A stretch of 64,000 nt of DNA from Antedon mediterranea (lineage: Eukaryota > Animalia > Echinodermata): positions 35,461,648-35,525,647 of the forward strand of contig NC_092673.1 in assembly GCF_964355755.1 (NCBI RefSeq). The letters are read 5' to 3'. Position numbers and translations under genes: made by a program. This document shows, in pieces, positions 1 to 13,539 of the stretch. Numbering within the stretch: position 1 is the stretch's first letter; each line of letters begins with the position of its first letter. Under the pieces are notes generated by a model. That model did not search any database. It saw only the letters and a program-made list of their open reading frames with translations, and was not told the DNA's origin.

Positions 1-294
1 CCATAAATAATTAATAAATTAAATTGTTTTTAACATCATGGGGAAACGAAGATGTTAAAAAAGAACAAAATGGATTAAAAACAGGCAGAGATACATATTG
101 TATACAAAAAGCCTAACAATTAGTACTTATTATTGATGAGTTACTACTAATAATGATAATAAAAAAAACTGGCTTAATTTATAATATTAAAATAACAAAT
201 AAAACCCCATAGTTTTCAATATAATGACTAATTATGGCCTTTTTTTTAATGATATATACATTATGACTCATATTGCGCACCATATATTTGTAAG

Positions 295-490
295 ACCGTA
301 CCATATTTGGCGGCCAAAAACAGTCCTACTGCCCGGACCGATTTTATCCAGGCCGGACCAGTTTTGGCGGCCAAAATTGGTCCGGCCGGACAGGTTTTGG
401 CAGCCATAAATGGTCCCCCGGACTGATTTTGGCAGCCAAAACTGGTCCGCCGGACCGATTTTGGCCCGGACTGATTTTGGCGTGACAGGC
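295..490. repeat. GC-rich ~21-bp subrepeat block (ccggaccgattttggcggccaaaa-like), probable MITE/dispersed repeat
   Basis: Repeated ccggacc/ttttggcggccaaaa units in both orientations within AT-rich DNA. Confidence 0.55.
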
Positions 491-2390
491 CTATTGCATA
501 TGCAGTATACAGTCTTGGGAATTCCTTGCTAACTTGTTTACATAATATTTAGTTTACATAGTCAATGTTAAGTACAGCAGTAGGACCTCTTTGAACTCAG
601 GATTAAATCTCTTATTCTTTATGCAAATAATACCTGTATTTGATTTGTTAAATTGTGGGCAGTGGGACTAACCAATTACAGTAGGCAATACTAATTATAA
701 AGCATGTTACCTCTAGAGATACCCCCTAGCTCAAATTCATCTTTTGTATAACAGTTGTTGGAGTGTTGAAGAGTGACAATGATATTGAGTACCTTTGTGT
801 TGAAGATGTTTATATAGCTTTCAAAATGCTAATTGAAAGGAGTAAAGGAAGATTATTGTCGCTGGCACAAAAGACCAACAAATTCTAAATCTCAGATTTC
901 ACTCCGGTTAAATTTTTCATAGATAGAAATAGATGGCATGTTTATTAATTATTTTATCGCTTTGGTTCAGCATTCTTTGCCTGCGATGTAAAGGGGCATA
1001 TGCAAGATTTATTTATAGTGTATTACTCACTCTTTTTAGAATGAGTTTTATTTTTTACATAATGAACTATTTTGTCTGTTATTTCAATTGCACCATTTAC
1101 ATTAGGATCCTATATAATAATTTACTTTCTAACTCTTTTTGTTGACACTTGAAAATAATCTTTTTAATGATTTAATTATTTTTTATAGTACATTATACAG
1201 TATTTATATTTCTCTTGATTTTTGTTACTTGGCAATACCATAAGGAATAATTTTCCGATGACTATTTTAATTTCTGTGAACGACATTAAACATCTGCATT
1301 TATCCATGCTGTTACTTGACCAAGAGGTGGTTGCCCTAAGCCCATCAGAATATAATCAAAACCCACAGGGTTCAACTAAAGGGTCACCAAATATGTTTTG
1401 TGTCCAAATTATGACCACAAATCTGTACTACTAATTATGTCTATACAGCTTACACTTTTACTGTTAGCTAAATTGCGACAATAAGATACTAAACAAACAT
1501 ATACATCTAATCTGGTTTTCAAATAAAGTTGAATGGTGTATGGGCTGCAAATGTTGACAAAACACTTGATTGTTAAAGCATTATTTTACTGTTAAACTAA
1601 GGACGTACTTTAATCTGAACGATAATAAATCCACGCTGAATTAAACATTATTAGTCGATTAGTCAGAGGGTAATTAGACCAATCACTAATGACCCTTTGT
1701 TTGGTCTGTTAATACTTGGTTCAATACATAGTGAGATTTATACAAAGTGGACCAATAGCAGGAGGGTTCATTCACCTTCAATACCAGGGTAGCAATGAGC
1801 AAAAGTAAGAAATATTAGGCATAAGCTAAGTTATGATTTTTTCTTTATGAAAGTTAAAGCCACATCCTAATAAACTAAGTTTGGCTCTGCTAGAAGACAA
1901 TTGACGTGAGCTACTTAGGTACTGCATTGTTTTTCTCTTTTTATCATAATTTACCATAACACATTTTTAAAAATTATGGCAATACTGCTGGTTGACTGGA
2001 CATTTCAATTTAATCTTCTATGCTTGTGTACCAGTTGGTGACATGCAACAAAGTATGTGTCATAATATGACAATGTCCCTTTAAAAGTTGCAAGTCCAGT
2101 TATAATAGGCATGCAATGTTTACATAGCACAAAATCAAAACAGCCTGTTTTATACTGTTAATGAGATACAGTGTATGTGTCATACAATGACAATATCCCT
2201 TTAAAAGTTTAAGTAGCTCAAAATCATAAGTCACCTTTTTCCATAGTGTAATGTGAAAGTGGTACCAATTGTTTGTCATACTTATGACAATGGTCCCTTT
2301 TATGTTTAGTCATACTAATAAATAGCAGAATGCTATATTTGTCATTTGCATACATTCTTTAAATTTTCGTTTATTTATTTTTTCCACTCA

Positions 2391-2392
<2 letters not shown>

Positions 2393-2423
<31 letters not shown>
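2393..2423. repeat. (TA)n microsatellite
   Basis: Direct reading. Confidence 0.9.
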
Positions 2424-2427
<4 letters not shown>

Positions 2428-3680
2428 CAAAAACAACCTGTTATTCACACAATCTACTATAATGCTTTAGGTGATATTTTACCACAACCCTCATACATTA
2501 CCCAAACCCTACAATTTAACTAAACTATGAGATTTTAATATTTAAGCCTTTATGAATAATATGATTTTATACAAATTTCCTACTATTTTATAACTAAGAA
2601 ATTTCCTAATCAAACAAGTCATGGATGTAATTGTAGACAGGGACACCAAAATTCAGTCTAATTTTAAAGCATTCCATCCACAACCTATTTTCAACTCACC
2701 ACCCGATTCTCGATACCTAAAATTACAGTTTAGTAATTTGTTACCACTTATCCCTACAGTAGACTTCTTTTCATTACATTCCTACAGGTTTTCACTATTT
2801 TAAAATAAACTTTAAAACCTGCCTGCGTTTTTAATCATTCTATTTAGGTGCTAGAAAAAAAAAAGTTTATGCTTTTGGTTTTATTTTCTCAATGTTTCAC
2901 GTTATGACACAGTAGCTGTACGGTTGAATTCTAAAACATTTCAACAAAGTTTCACCTTTTCATTTTAAAGTTTCCCATAATTCATGTCCATAATATCATT
3001 TGTATCAGTGATATTTATGGATGGACTATTTTTTAAATTGGTTTTATCTCTCAATGTTTCATGTTATGATACAGTAGGTGTACAATTTCATTCTACAACA
3101 TTTAAACAAAGTTTTCCCATAATTCTTCATGTTCATAATATCATTTGTATCACTGATGTTTGTCAATCACCAACTCATTGACATTTACAGATGGATTTGA
3201 TTTTTGAAACAGTGTGCATTATGCTGCAGGCTGTTACACTGTTACAAGTTAAGCCTCAGAGTGCTGGCTTATATTTCATGCTAACATCAAGGCAGTTGCT
3301 GTTAAACTTTCTAATGTTTCTACCGTGAAATATTCCTGAAATAGATCCAACATTATCGGTGTTTCTTACGCATTTTGATGTAACTAATTTGTGTTGATAA
3401 GTCGTTGCTATGGCAACTGTAATTCCGAGGTATTATTTTGTGTCGGTTCATCCGTTGATATTCACCAAAGCAAATCCACTTAATTCAGATACAGTAGTCG
3501 CTACATCGTTCTAGTGAAACTTTATTGAAAAGTTTTATGTATAATAACAATTTGAAATCTATATGATTATTTTGAATAAAAAAAAATATTTGTTTAGATT
3601 TAATTGTCGTTTTGAGATAATTTAAATCAATATGATTATAGATGAAATCTATTTCTTGAACTTACAGTGTATTAGTGTAA

Positions 3681-4078
3681 AGCTCTGTCTACATTATTTT
3701 GTTAAAATTATAATTACTATCTTTTTAGGGACCACATTGGAATTAAGTTGTTTTACTTTAAACGACTTTATGTGTTTTCCCGTGCATCGTCAGTCTTCAT
3801 TAATCCCGCCATTTTTATTTGCTTTTTTGATGTACATGTATATTAATATTTAAGGTGATTTTATATATTATTGATGTATTTTTAATGTTATTTATTGAGA
3901 TGCCAAATAAATGAAAGAAAGAAATACACTATCAAACTTTATTGTGACAACAAAACGCAATGTGACCATATATGACCATGATGATGTCGTATCACTATCA
4001 TATTTAGTCATATCACTACCATATTCGGGCACATCACATTTTTATTGTCAAACTAGTTTGATAGTGTAGACAGAGCTT
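3681..4078. mobile_element. MITE of the gctctgtctacactatcaaact TIR family, interrupted by an insertion
   Basis: Starts agctctgtctacac, resumes acactatcaaac at ~3926, ends gtttgatagtgtagacagagct; same family at 43470, 51047 and 63137. Confidence 0.6.
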
Positions 4079-4975
4079 TAATTATGGTTTGGATACTAGA
4101 GTAATTGTATCTTGTACATTGATATGAGAATAAACCCACTGAATATGAAGATTTAAAATAATTGTCCTCTTTTCTCCCTTCATTGTGACCAAAGTTTGTG
4201 TTCCAGGGAGTTAAATTTTGTGTTTTTCAGAACTTTTTAAAAATTAGATTGGAAAGGAATTGTTGTTACAATTTTATTCACATTTTGTTATTAAGCTATT
4301 AAAGAAAAGATTTAAAGAATATTATGGGTTTTATTGTGTGTATTTGTTCCTTGCTCACACCAGTGTCTTGAATCATATTCAACCCCCCAGCTAGTAGTAT
4401 GAAGGTTGAAAAGAAACTTGACTATTGTATTATTAACCTTGTCTGAAGCTGGTGGAATAAAATTAGTAACAACACACCTGCTGGTATGGTAGGCCTACAC
4501 AAGTTATAAATAATAACTTTTAGGTTCTTTGTTTAATAGAACAGACAGAGAGGGGGCTAAACAAAATGTGGCAAACTTGTACAGTATGGCCTAAAGATTT
4601 TGTTATTTAAAAATGTTATCTTAATTTAATTTGTATTTAATTTTTGCTAATGTCTGTATAGAGGTTTTTACAGTGCACTTTGGCCAAATATTTTGACAAA
4701 AGATAATTTATTTGGCCAAACATAATTTATTTATACAGTATATATTATTTTTGACAATTAATAAAGATATATGTACAGTAATATTATATTCACAAATCTT
4801 GTTTGTTAACTTATTTCTCTTATAAATAAATTCTTTTTATCATTATTTATTTTGTTAATTCAGCAGGGGCCAGAGGAGACATTTCATTTTTGTTATCTCC
4901 TTTTTTAAAGGTTATCTACCATTTTGTATTTTATAAAAGTTTAACTTTAATTTCTAAATGTTTTTGTTTTTACAG

Positions 4976-5221
4976 TTAAAACGAATGAAAGCAATAGAAC
5001 AAGAAAGAGATATTTTGATCCAGGGGTTAGAGGTCATCGAACGAACCAAAGAATGGTACCAGAAAGAACTTAACTTAATTTCCCGCCAGATGAAAAACCG
5101 TATGATCTTAGAAGGTTCAGACACCATCAACCCAGCACGGCAAGAGAAAGCTGCCTACAAACGTGCCAGAATACAAGATATCAACCTACAACTGACTACG
5201 CTTGTACAGAGCTCAGAAATG
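4976..5221 (+). CDS. SAPCD2: SAPCD2 (suppressor APC domain-containing protein 2) internal coding exon
   Basis: tacag|...atg|gt, 246 nt, phase 0. LKRMKAIEQERDILIQGLEVIERTKEWYQKEL resembles the SAPCD2 coiled coil LKQMKELEQEKEVLLQGLEMM..RDWYQQQL (recalled). Confidence 0.85.
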
Positions 5222-5567
5222 GTACAGATACTTATAAATCTTTATCTCTTTCAAAGTAGCTTTCTTTGTGGCCGAGTGCCATAATGAGACTTGAGGGAAA
5301 AGTAAACGTTGCGATAATGCATCATTTGTAATGTAGATACTATGTTTGCAATTTAAACAAGAATGATTGCAAAGGAATTTAACAAGTTAGTTGTTCAAAT
5401 TATAATATGAAAGTTAAATGATTGCAGCTTAGAGTAGCATCTTGTAATACCTCGCTCAAATTCATCAGGTTATAGCCTATTAAAATAGGGCCTTTTTGCA
5501 GTATTTTGATATGGTACGTATCCTATCATATAAATGTAGGTTAACTTATTTTACATACTCATTTGGA

Positions 5568-5820
5568 AACATACAATATATACCTGTATGTACACATACA
5601 ATATTATTACCTGTATGTACACATACAATATGTACCTGTATGTACACATACAATATATACCTGTATGTTACACATACAATATATACCTGTATGTAGACAT
5701 ACAATATATACCTGTATGTTACACATACAATATATACCTGTATGTACACATACAATATATACCTGTATGTACACATACAATATATACCTGTATGTAACAC
5801 ATACAATATATACATGTATG
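5568..5820. repeat. ~25-bp tandem repeat (acacatacaatatatacctgtatgt)
   Basis: About 10 copies read directly; explains the spurious overlapping ORFs here. Confidence 0.9.
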
Positions 5821-6716
5821 CAGTTAATAGGTGGTGCAGTTAATAGGTGGTGGAGTTTAATAGGTGGTGGAGTTTAATAGGTGGTGCAGTTTAATAGGTG
5901 GTGCAGTTTAATAGGTGGTGCAGTTTAATAGGTGGTGCAGTTTAATAGGTGGTGCAGGTAATAGGTGGTGCAGTTTAATAGGTGGTGCAGTTTAATAGGT
6001 GGTGCAGTTTAATAGGTGGTGCAGTTTAATAGGTGGTGCAGGTAATAGGTGGTGCAGGTAATAGGTGGTGCAGTTTAATAGGTGGTGCAGTTTAATAGGT
6101 GGTGCAGGTAATAGGTGGTGCAGGTAATAGGTGGTGCAGGTAATAGGTGGTGCAGTTTAATAGGTGGTGCAGTTTAGTAGGTGGTGCAGGTAATAGGTGG
6201 TGCAGTTTAATAGGTGGTGCAGTTTAATAGGTGGTGCAGTTAATAGGTGGTCACGGTGCAGGTAATAGGTGGTGCAGTTTAATAGGTGGTGCAGTTTAAT
6301 AGGTGGTGCAGTTTAATAGGTGGTGCAGGTAATAGGTGGTGCAGTTTAATAGGTGGTGCAGTTTAATAGGTGGTGCAGTTTAATAGGTGGTGCAGTTAAT
6401 AGGTGGTGCAGTTTAATAGGTGGTGCAGTTTAATAGGTGGTGCAGTTTAATAGGTGGTGCAGTTTAATAGGTGGTGCAGTTTAATAGGTGGTGCAGTTTA
6501 ATAGGTGGTGCAGGTAATAGGTGGTGCAGTTTAATAGGTGGTGCAGGTAATAGGTGGTGCAGGTAATAGGTGGTGCAGTTAAATAGGTGGTGCAGTTTAA
6601 TAGGTGGTGCAGTTTAATAGGTGGTGCAGTTTAATAGGTGGTGCAGTTTAATAGGTGGTGCAGTTTAATAGGTGGTGCAGTTTAATAGGTGGTGCAGTTT
6701 AATAGGTGGTGCAGTA
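5820..6716. repeat. 16-17-bp tandem repeat (gcagtttaataggtggt)
   Basis: About 50 copies read directly. Confidence 0.95.
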
Positions 6717-6828
6717 AACATTGTGTTAATCGCTAATTTTGACACAGTCCCTTGGTTTTGATAAAAAGAAATTTTCTATATTTCAGTATTAATTATATGG
6801 TTTAGTAAATTGTTGATATTATTATTAA

Positions 6829-7749
6829 TTAACACTTCTTAAAGTCCCATAACAGAATTATTATTGCTTTTTTTTCATGCAAACGGAGCGCGTACATTTT
6901 CTCATAATACGGCATAGATGCCTCGACGCATATTTTCACATCTTCTTGTAGATCAGCTCGGTCTGCTGGTGGATTTGATTTGTAAAAACTCTGACTTGCA
7001 AAAGCATTGTTATAGTATCCACTTAATTGGTTTCCTTTCATAAAATGTTTAGAAAACTTCCATTTCTGTACAACACTATCTCCTGCATTCCAACTCAACA
7101 GTTCGTCTTTATACTGAATTCCTGTCCGCTTGCAAAACTCTCTTAAGATGAATTCTGGATTTTCCAAAAGATCATCAGAATCTATGATTACTGGGTTTGG
7201 CTCGATTCCAGTTTTTACAAGATGCTCGTAGAGTTGGAAACTTTCTCCAAAAAAATACTTTTCTGAAGTGAGATTGTTATTGTTTTCCAACGGATATTCA
7301 CATTCGTGTACCTTTCCCACTTTTTCTAACACTTTTTTCCAAGATAAGAAAACCTTTACAGGGTTACGAATCAAAAATGCATGGCGGTAACCTTCTGGCA
7401 ACATGTGCAGCTTCCACGCGATACCGTATGCCATATCTTTGACAAACACAACTTTCTTGTCTGGATATTCTGCCATCAACACATTCTCTTTTATGGACTT
7501 GTATGTTGCCTTGTCTGTTTCCCAACCAGCATCAAATCCTAAGTCAACCTGACTTGTTTTAGCCATAATTTTCACTTGATTTTTTGCAAGTGATGGCTGG
7601 AACATCTCTGGTCCACGGATGAACGCGGACACGTACGGCTCATTTATGATCTGAACGTCGTCAAGGTTACTCATGCATTTTGCAAACGCAGTAGACACTG
7701 TACGAGGAACGCACCAAAGAATAACACGAACTTGCTTATCATCAGCCAT
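6829..7749 (-). CDS. Intronless sulfotransferase-fold protein (Sulfotransfer_5 / 'BCAT-like protein 2' N-terminal-domain family), copy 1, nested in a SAPCD2 intron
   Basis: 306-aa ORF with family motifs LWCVPRTVSTAF, NEPY, VFVKDMAY, HAFLIRNP..VFLSW, VIIDSDDLLENPE, LSW. Confidence 0.8.
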   Translation of the reverse strand: MADDKQVRVILWCVPRTVSTAFAKCMSNLDDVQIINEPYVSAFIRGPEMFQPSLAKNQVKIMAKTSQVDLGFDAGWETDKATYKSIKENVLMAEYPDKKVVFVKDMAYGIAWKLHMLPEGYRHAFLIRNPVKVFLSWKKVLEKVGKVHECEYPLENNNNLTSEKYFFGESFQLYEHLVKTGIEPNPVIIDSDDLLENPEFILREFCKRTGIQYKDELLSWNAGDSVVQKWKFSKHFMKGNQLSGYYNNAFASQSFYKSNPPADRADLQEDVKICVEASMPYYEKMYALRLHEKKAIIILLWDFKKC

Positions 7750-8209
7750 GTTGTATATTAAATAGAATAAACCAGTGCATGTAGTAGTCTATAGCTCAGG
7801 GTATAAGATGCTGGTAGGTCTTACTTATATTAAAACATATGCTGATGTACCATTAATTTTAATGACTGCTTTTGTTATGTTTTTAAATATCAGTGAATAG
7901 AGTATGTGTATATACTGTAAATTTTAAATACTTTTTAAAAATAAGAAAGGTCAACCTTCAAGAATAATAATAAAAAATAAATTTTACGTAATAAAAATTA
8001 CTTTAAGAGCAAGTGAGTGGCCATGCCCATTAAGCAGTATGGTTTAAAAAAAGGTACGCCCAACTAAGTGATAAGTCAAATGAGTGGGCCAGTCAATCAA
8101 GCGGTGCAATAAACAAGCGGTGCATTAAACAAGCGGTATGATGAAAAAGCGGTTCTCCCAACTAAATGACAAGTCAAATGAGTGGGCCAGTCAATCAAGT
8201 GGTGCAAAC

Positions 8210-8555
8210 AAATAAGTGGTACAGTTTAATAGGTGGTGCAGTCTAGCACCACTTCCAAAGCGCCATACAGAAGGTGGCGCAGTCTAGCACCACTTCCAAT
8301 GCGCCATAAGTGGTACAGTTTAATAGGTGGCGCAGTCTAGCACCACTTCCAAAGCGCCATACAGAAGGTGGCGCAGTCTAGCACCACTTCCAAAGCGCCA
8401 TAAGTGGTGCAGTTTAATAGGTGGCGCAGTCTAGCACCACTTCCAAAGCGCCATACAGAAGGTGGCGCAGTCTAGCACCACTTCCAAAGCGCCATAAGTG
8501 GTGCAGTTTAATAGGTGGCGCAGTCTAGCACCACTTCCAAAGCGCCATACAGAAA
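8210..8555. repeat. Composite tandem repeat (ggtggcgcagtctagcaccacttccaaagcgccata)
   Basis: About 7 copies, interspersed with the gcagtttaataggtgg unit. Confidence 0.85.
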
Positions 8556-8782
8556 CCTTGAAAGTATTAGTGCTGGTTTTTATTATTCACAGTAATCATA
8601 AACCATTCATTTTAATTTTCCACATTCTCTTTTTTAATACAATATTTATTTTCTTTTCCCTTTGTCCTATCTATAGTATTTTTGTTCTATTTTCCATTTC
8701 TATTTCATTTAATGTCAATCAGTTATACAACCTTTACAATCATTTAATTGTTAATTACATTGTGTTATTGTTTATTTTGTAG

Positions 8783-8881
8783 GGTTTTCCTGATCATATG
8801 AATTTAGCAGTTGAGTTGAAATCTCCTTCTGACCGAGGCACTATGAACCAACTTAGGCAGCAGAACAGACAACTTACAAAT
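8783..8881 (+). CDS. SAPCD2: SAPCD2 penultimate coding exon
   Basis: ttgtag|ggt...aat|gtatg, 99 nt, phase 0; GFPDHMNLAVELKSPSDRGTMNQLRQQNRQLTN (cf. LKEQNRLLTQ). Confidence 0.8.
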
Positions 8882-9309
8882 GTATGTTGATTAATTATTT
8901 TTGGTTATTGTTAAACATGAACATGTTTAACGCTAAAATTGGTATGAGTAGAAAGCTATCTAGAATGCATACTTAACTTGTTTTATTCTGATTGATTAAT
9001 TGAATTTGATATTCTTTCATACAAGTGTCTTAACAGTTGATGAATTCTAACTCTCTTATTATTAACGGCAAACATAATCATATGGTTTACAATCATTGAC
9101 TACTAGAATGACATGGCATAGTATAAAACCAGTATCATTTTGATTGAGCATCCAGTATTAGCAAAATAATTAACATTGTGTTAGTAATTCAACTTTGACA
9201 CAGTCCCTAAATGTTCTATATATCAGTATTAATGATATGGTTTAGTAAATTATTGATTATACTATTATTATTATTAATTATTACTTTTTAAAGTCCCATA
9301 ACAGAATTA

Positions 9310-10203
9310 TTATTGCTTTTTTTCATGCAAACGGAGCGCGTACATTTTCTCATAATACGGCATAGATGCGTCGACACATATTTTCACATCTTCTGGTAGA
9401 TCAGCTCGGTCTGCTGGTGGATTAGACTTGTAATAACTCTGACTTGCAAAAGCATCTTCATAATAACCACATAACTTGTTGCCTTGCATAAACATTTCCG
9501 AAAACTTCCATTTCTGTACAACACTATCTCCTGCATTCCAACTCAACAGTTCGTCTTTATACTGAATTCCTGTCCGCTTGCAAAACTCTCTTAAGATGAA
9601 TTCTGGTGTTTCCAAAAGATCATCAGAATCTATGATTACTGGGTTTGGCTCGATTCCAGTTTTTACAAGATGCTCGTAGAGTTGAAAACTTTCTCCAAAA
9701 AAATACTTTTCTGAAGTGAGATTGTTATTGTTTTCCAACAGATATTCACATTCATATACCTTTCCCAATTTTTCTAACACTTTTTTCCAAGATAAGAAAA
9801 CCTTTACAGGGTTACGAATCAAAAATGCATGGCGGTAACCTTCTGGCAGCATGTGCAGCTTCCAAGCAATACCGTATGCCATATCTTTGACAAACACAAC
9901 TTTCTTGTCTGGATATTCTGCCATCAACACATTCTCTTTTATGTACTTGTATGTTGCCTTGGTTGTTTCCCAGCCAGCGCCAGTTCCCAAGTCAACCTGA
10001 CTTGTTATAGCTATCATTTTCTCCTGGTTTTTTGCAAAAACTTCTGATGGCTGGAACATCTCTGGTCCAAAGATGAACGCGGAAGCGTACGGCTCATTTA
10101 TGATCTGCATGGCGTCAAGGTTACTCATGCTTTTTTCAAACGCAGTAGACACTGTACGAGGAACGCACCAAAGAATAACACGAACTTGCTTATCATCAGC
10201 CAT
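9310..10203 (-). CDS. Intronless sulfotransferase-fold protein, copy 2, nested in the last SAPCD2 intron
   Basis: 297-aa ORF, close paralog of 6829..7749 with the same motifs. Confidence 0.8.
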   Translation of the reverse strand: MADDKQVRVILWCVPRTVSTAFEKSMSNLDAMQIINEPYASAFIFGPEMFQPSEVFAKNQEKMIAITSQVDLGTGAGWETTKATYKYIKENVLMAEYPDKKVVFVKDMAYGIAWKLHMLPEGYRHAFLIRNPVKVFLSWKKVLEKLGKVYECEYLLENNNNLTSEKYFFGESFQLYEHLVKTGIEPNPVIIDSDDLLETPEFILREFCKRTGIQYKDELLSWNAGDSVVQKWKFSEMFMQGNKLCGYYEDAFASQSYYKSNPPADRADLPEDVKICVDASMPYYEKMYALRLHEKKQ

Positions 10204-11437
10204 GTTGCATCTATAACATATAGAATAAAACAGTGCCAGCTCTAGGTATAAGATGCTGGTACTGTAGGTCTTCTTAACATTAATAACATTAAATTTAATG
10301 TGCTGCTTTTCTGATAATTTTAATCAATATAATTTTTTAATATATATAATTTAATTGTATCAGTGCATGTGATGTTGAAACATACAAGTAATGTAACCAG
10401 CAATACAGCAAAGTGATACTATTTCCGTATTTTTTAAGAATAAAAACGACATCAGAGTTGGTTTTTCTTTTAAATATACCATTTATGTTAATCACTTATA
10501 TGAAAGATAAAATAAACTATGCTATACATTTTTTTTCATTTAAATAACTTTTTTTCGATCCAATTTTGAATTGTGAATAATTACTACAGTATTTTAATTA
10601 TTATTCCAGGGGGACATTACAAAAGCAATATGTTGTTGCGAATGTTGTTGACAGTAATTTTGTGTTGTTACATTGATTTTATGATCTGCGACTCTACACT
10701 AACAACATATATACAAGATTACAAATGACACCAAGAGTAAAAGTTTCACACTATCAAATCTGTCACTGTGTGATCTCCTTCTGTCGAAATACAAACATAT
10801 CGGTTGAATAATTAATGTAGGCCTTAGGAAATATTAAAGATCTGTGCTTGTTTCTGTCTCTTCTGCCATGTAAAATTAAATTCACCTTGGAGATATGTTC
10901 TTCTTAACAGGAAATTAAATGCCCTGTATTTTGTTGTCACAGTTTCGGTATTAGTCCATTACAAAGCATGTCTTGGACTATTACAGAACTTTTTAACAAA
11001 TTCAAATTATAAGCCAAAAGAACTTGAAATGAATATTTAGTATTTTTAGTAATATTTTTCAATTAAATCTAACACTCAGAAAACCATTTCCATTTCTTTA
11101 TTATTCAAAATTAAAATACATTTAAAAATAGTAAAAAACCCAAATAAAGTCTTTGGAAGCAATTAAATCACTCTCGCTCTCAGATCTGCTTATCCACCTT
11201 AAAAATAAAGAACAAATAAAATATTTAATAAATGATACAAATATAAGTTGTAATTAGAATAATAAAGATTTTAGATTATAGTCATTTAAATAACAGAATC
11301 TTAAATTAATAATTTTGATATTTAGAAACAAGCAACTGTATCTGCTCATTCAATTTTTTCATTTTAATTTAAATAAATTACTGTTTATACTTATTTATAA
11401 AGAACATTTATTATTGAATATATTTAATTTATTCCAG

Positions 11438-11563
11438 GAGGTATCACAGAAGAGTGAAATGATCACAAAACTCAATCAAGAGAAATCAGCATTAATACGC
11501 GAATTATTTGAAGCACGAGGGCGATCTCAACAAAAGTTACCAACCAATACGACATTCCTTTGA
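11438..11563 (+). CDS. SAPCD2: SAPCD2 terminal coding exon
   Basis: ttccag|EVSQKSEMITKLNQEKSALIRELFEARGRSQQKLPTNTTFL*, matching the SAPCD2 C-terminus EVTEKSERITQLEQEKSALIKQLFEAR...STFI (recalled). Confidence 0.88.
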   Translation, partial: EVSQKSEMITKLNQEKSALIRELFEARGRSQQKLPTNTTFL

Positions 11564-12619
11564 AATTGAACAAGAATAGAAGACGTGTTGTTTAGAGAAT
11601 GAGAACAAGAAAAGAATGAGTCATGACAGCTGAAACGCAATAATTGAGTTGTACTTGTTTTGTTTGAACTGAAGTATGCCCTCTATTACAGCAAGTCAAC
11701 CTCATAAAACGTGCAAGTAGCGTCTCCTGGAAAAGAAAGATTGTTATGTGAAGTCTATCCATTAATCTTGTCAAAGTGTCCAAGTAATTAGAATACTTGG
11801 TACAGTATCATTGCAGCAATGCAATATACAGTGTTTACATAGTTTGTACCGCTCACAGTTTAGTAGGTTGATCCTCATTTTTATGCTCTGTATTATTTGT
11901 ATGGCATTTAATGAAACAAATGTTTGTTGTATTTTATTGACAAGTGTAAATTTCCTGACAATTGGAAAGTTTCAAATGTCTTCAAAAAGTTATTGTCTTT
12001 GGTTTTTTGACTGACTACTATATTTATGAAATGGTACAAATGTTGTGCATGTGTAAAAATATTGTTCTTGCTACATATAACTTATTTATTGTTTGCAAAC
12101 AAACACACGTTTAGCACATTCATCCTCTTCATCAGTTATATACCAATTTAAGCATTAGTAAAAATAACCAGAATGCTGTGTGGAGGATGGATATTAGTAC
12201 ATTACTAAATAACAAAGTTTATTGATAAATTATTTAATTTACTACATCTTACAAAATGATGTGTAGCAAATTCTTCGTATATATTATAGATGCCTGCGAC
12301 ATAGCAAGTCTCTATTTGTGTAGAAATAGTAATATTACGAGAGTTTCAATTTCCACGTCATGCTTGACTGTTCGGAGACACCTCACTGAAGTTCATGTAT
12401 TCATTTGAGAATTTATTGAAACGTGTAGCAACATTGGACTGTGATATTAATTCGTCATCCTTCAATGGTAAATTGCTTTACAGTCAGCACTTATTACTGT
12501 TATATTCTCTAGTTACAACTATTAGTAGATATCCTATTTAAATTAAATAAATATTGCATAATAAGTTAAATATAAATAGAAATATGAAAGCACAAGTATG
12601 TCTACTGTAATTGTCTTTA

Positions 12620-12816
12620 TTACTTACTTAGTACTTACTTAGTACTTACTTAGTACTTACTTAGTACTTACTTAGTACTTACTTAGTACTTACTTAGTAC
12701 TTACTTAGTACTTAGTACTTACTTAGTACTTACTTAGCACTTACTTAGTACTTACTCAGTACTTACTTAGTACTTACTTAGTACTTACTTAGTACTTAGT
12801 ACTTACTTAGTACTTA
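12620..12816. repeat. 11-bp tandem repeat (tacttacttag)
   Basis: Direct reading. Confidence 0.92.
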
Positions 12817-13539
12817 TTTGAGTATAAGCTCACCATGTGTTTTATACTTTATTAAAAGAATAATATTGTATACCAAATTTTACAGGAACTTTTTGGTTAT
12901 TTTATCGTAATTTTGTCTGTTGTTTTTAAAAAATTAGTATTTGTGTCGTAATTAATACTTTTTAAATTTTAGTTTTTTAATATTAAAGTTTATGTTCGTT
13001 ATTTTTGGTTTTTTTTTTCTATTTTAATTTATGTTTTTCATTTTATTTTTTTTGATGATCTTAGATGTGTGTAATTCTTGTCATGTACATGTATTACATT
13101 GGGTATCACACCTGTCTGACATAGCATACTTACTGTCATCAGTTACTCATCAATGATATGTTATCCCAAGGCTGTACACATATATAAATCAAGTGCTTTA
13201 TTTCTGTAAACGTAAATGTGACCTACAAATCAGTGAACACAAATTTAATATTCTTCAACTGTTGGCCACTGTACGAAATTTGTTTGCATGAATCTTCCAA
13301 ATCACTCTCTGCGAAAAATAAAGCTCTAGTTCCTTTAATTTTTCGCTTCTGTGATTGTTAGTTCGAATTGTTTCTACTTTTTGCGAAGCGCAAAAATTGC
13401 GAGCCAAGGAAATGAACTATGACGCATTCATGAGCAATAATGCTAATCGAAAAGCTCAGCAAACATGAAAATCGCAGCTAGTCTATTCTATATTCGACAG
13501 TTGTCCATAAAAACCCCTTTTTGTACTATTTTTTTTTTT

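Noticed and set aside
5496-5877. Four overlapping Tyr/Ile/Cys-rich ORFs
   Set aside because: Translations of a 25-bp tandem repeat
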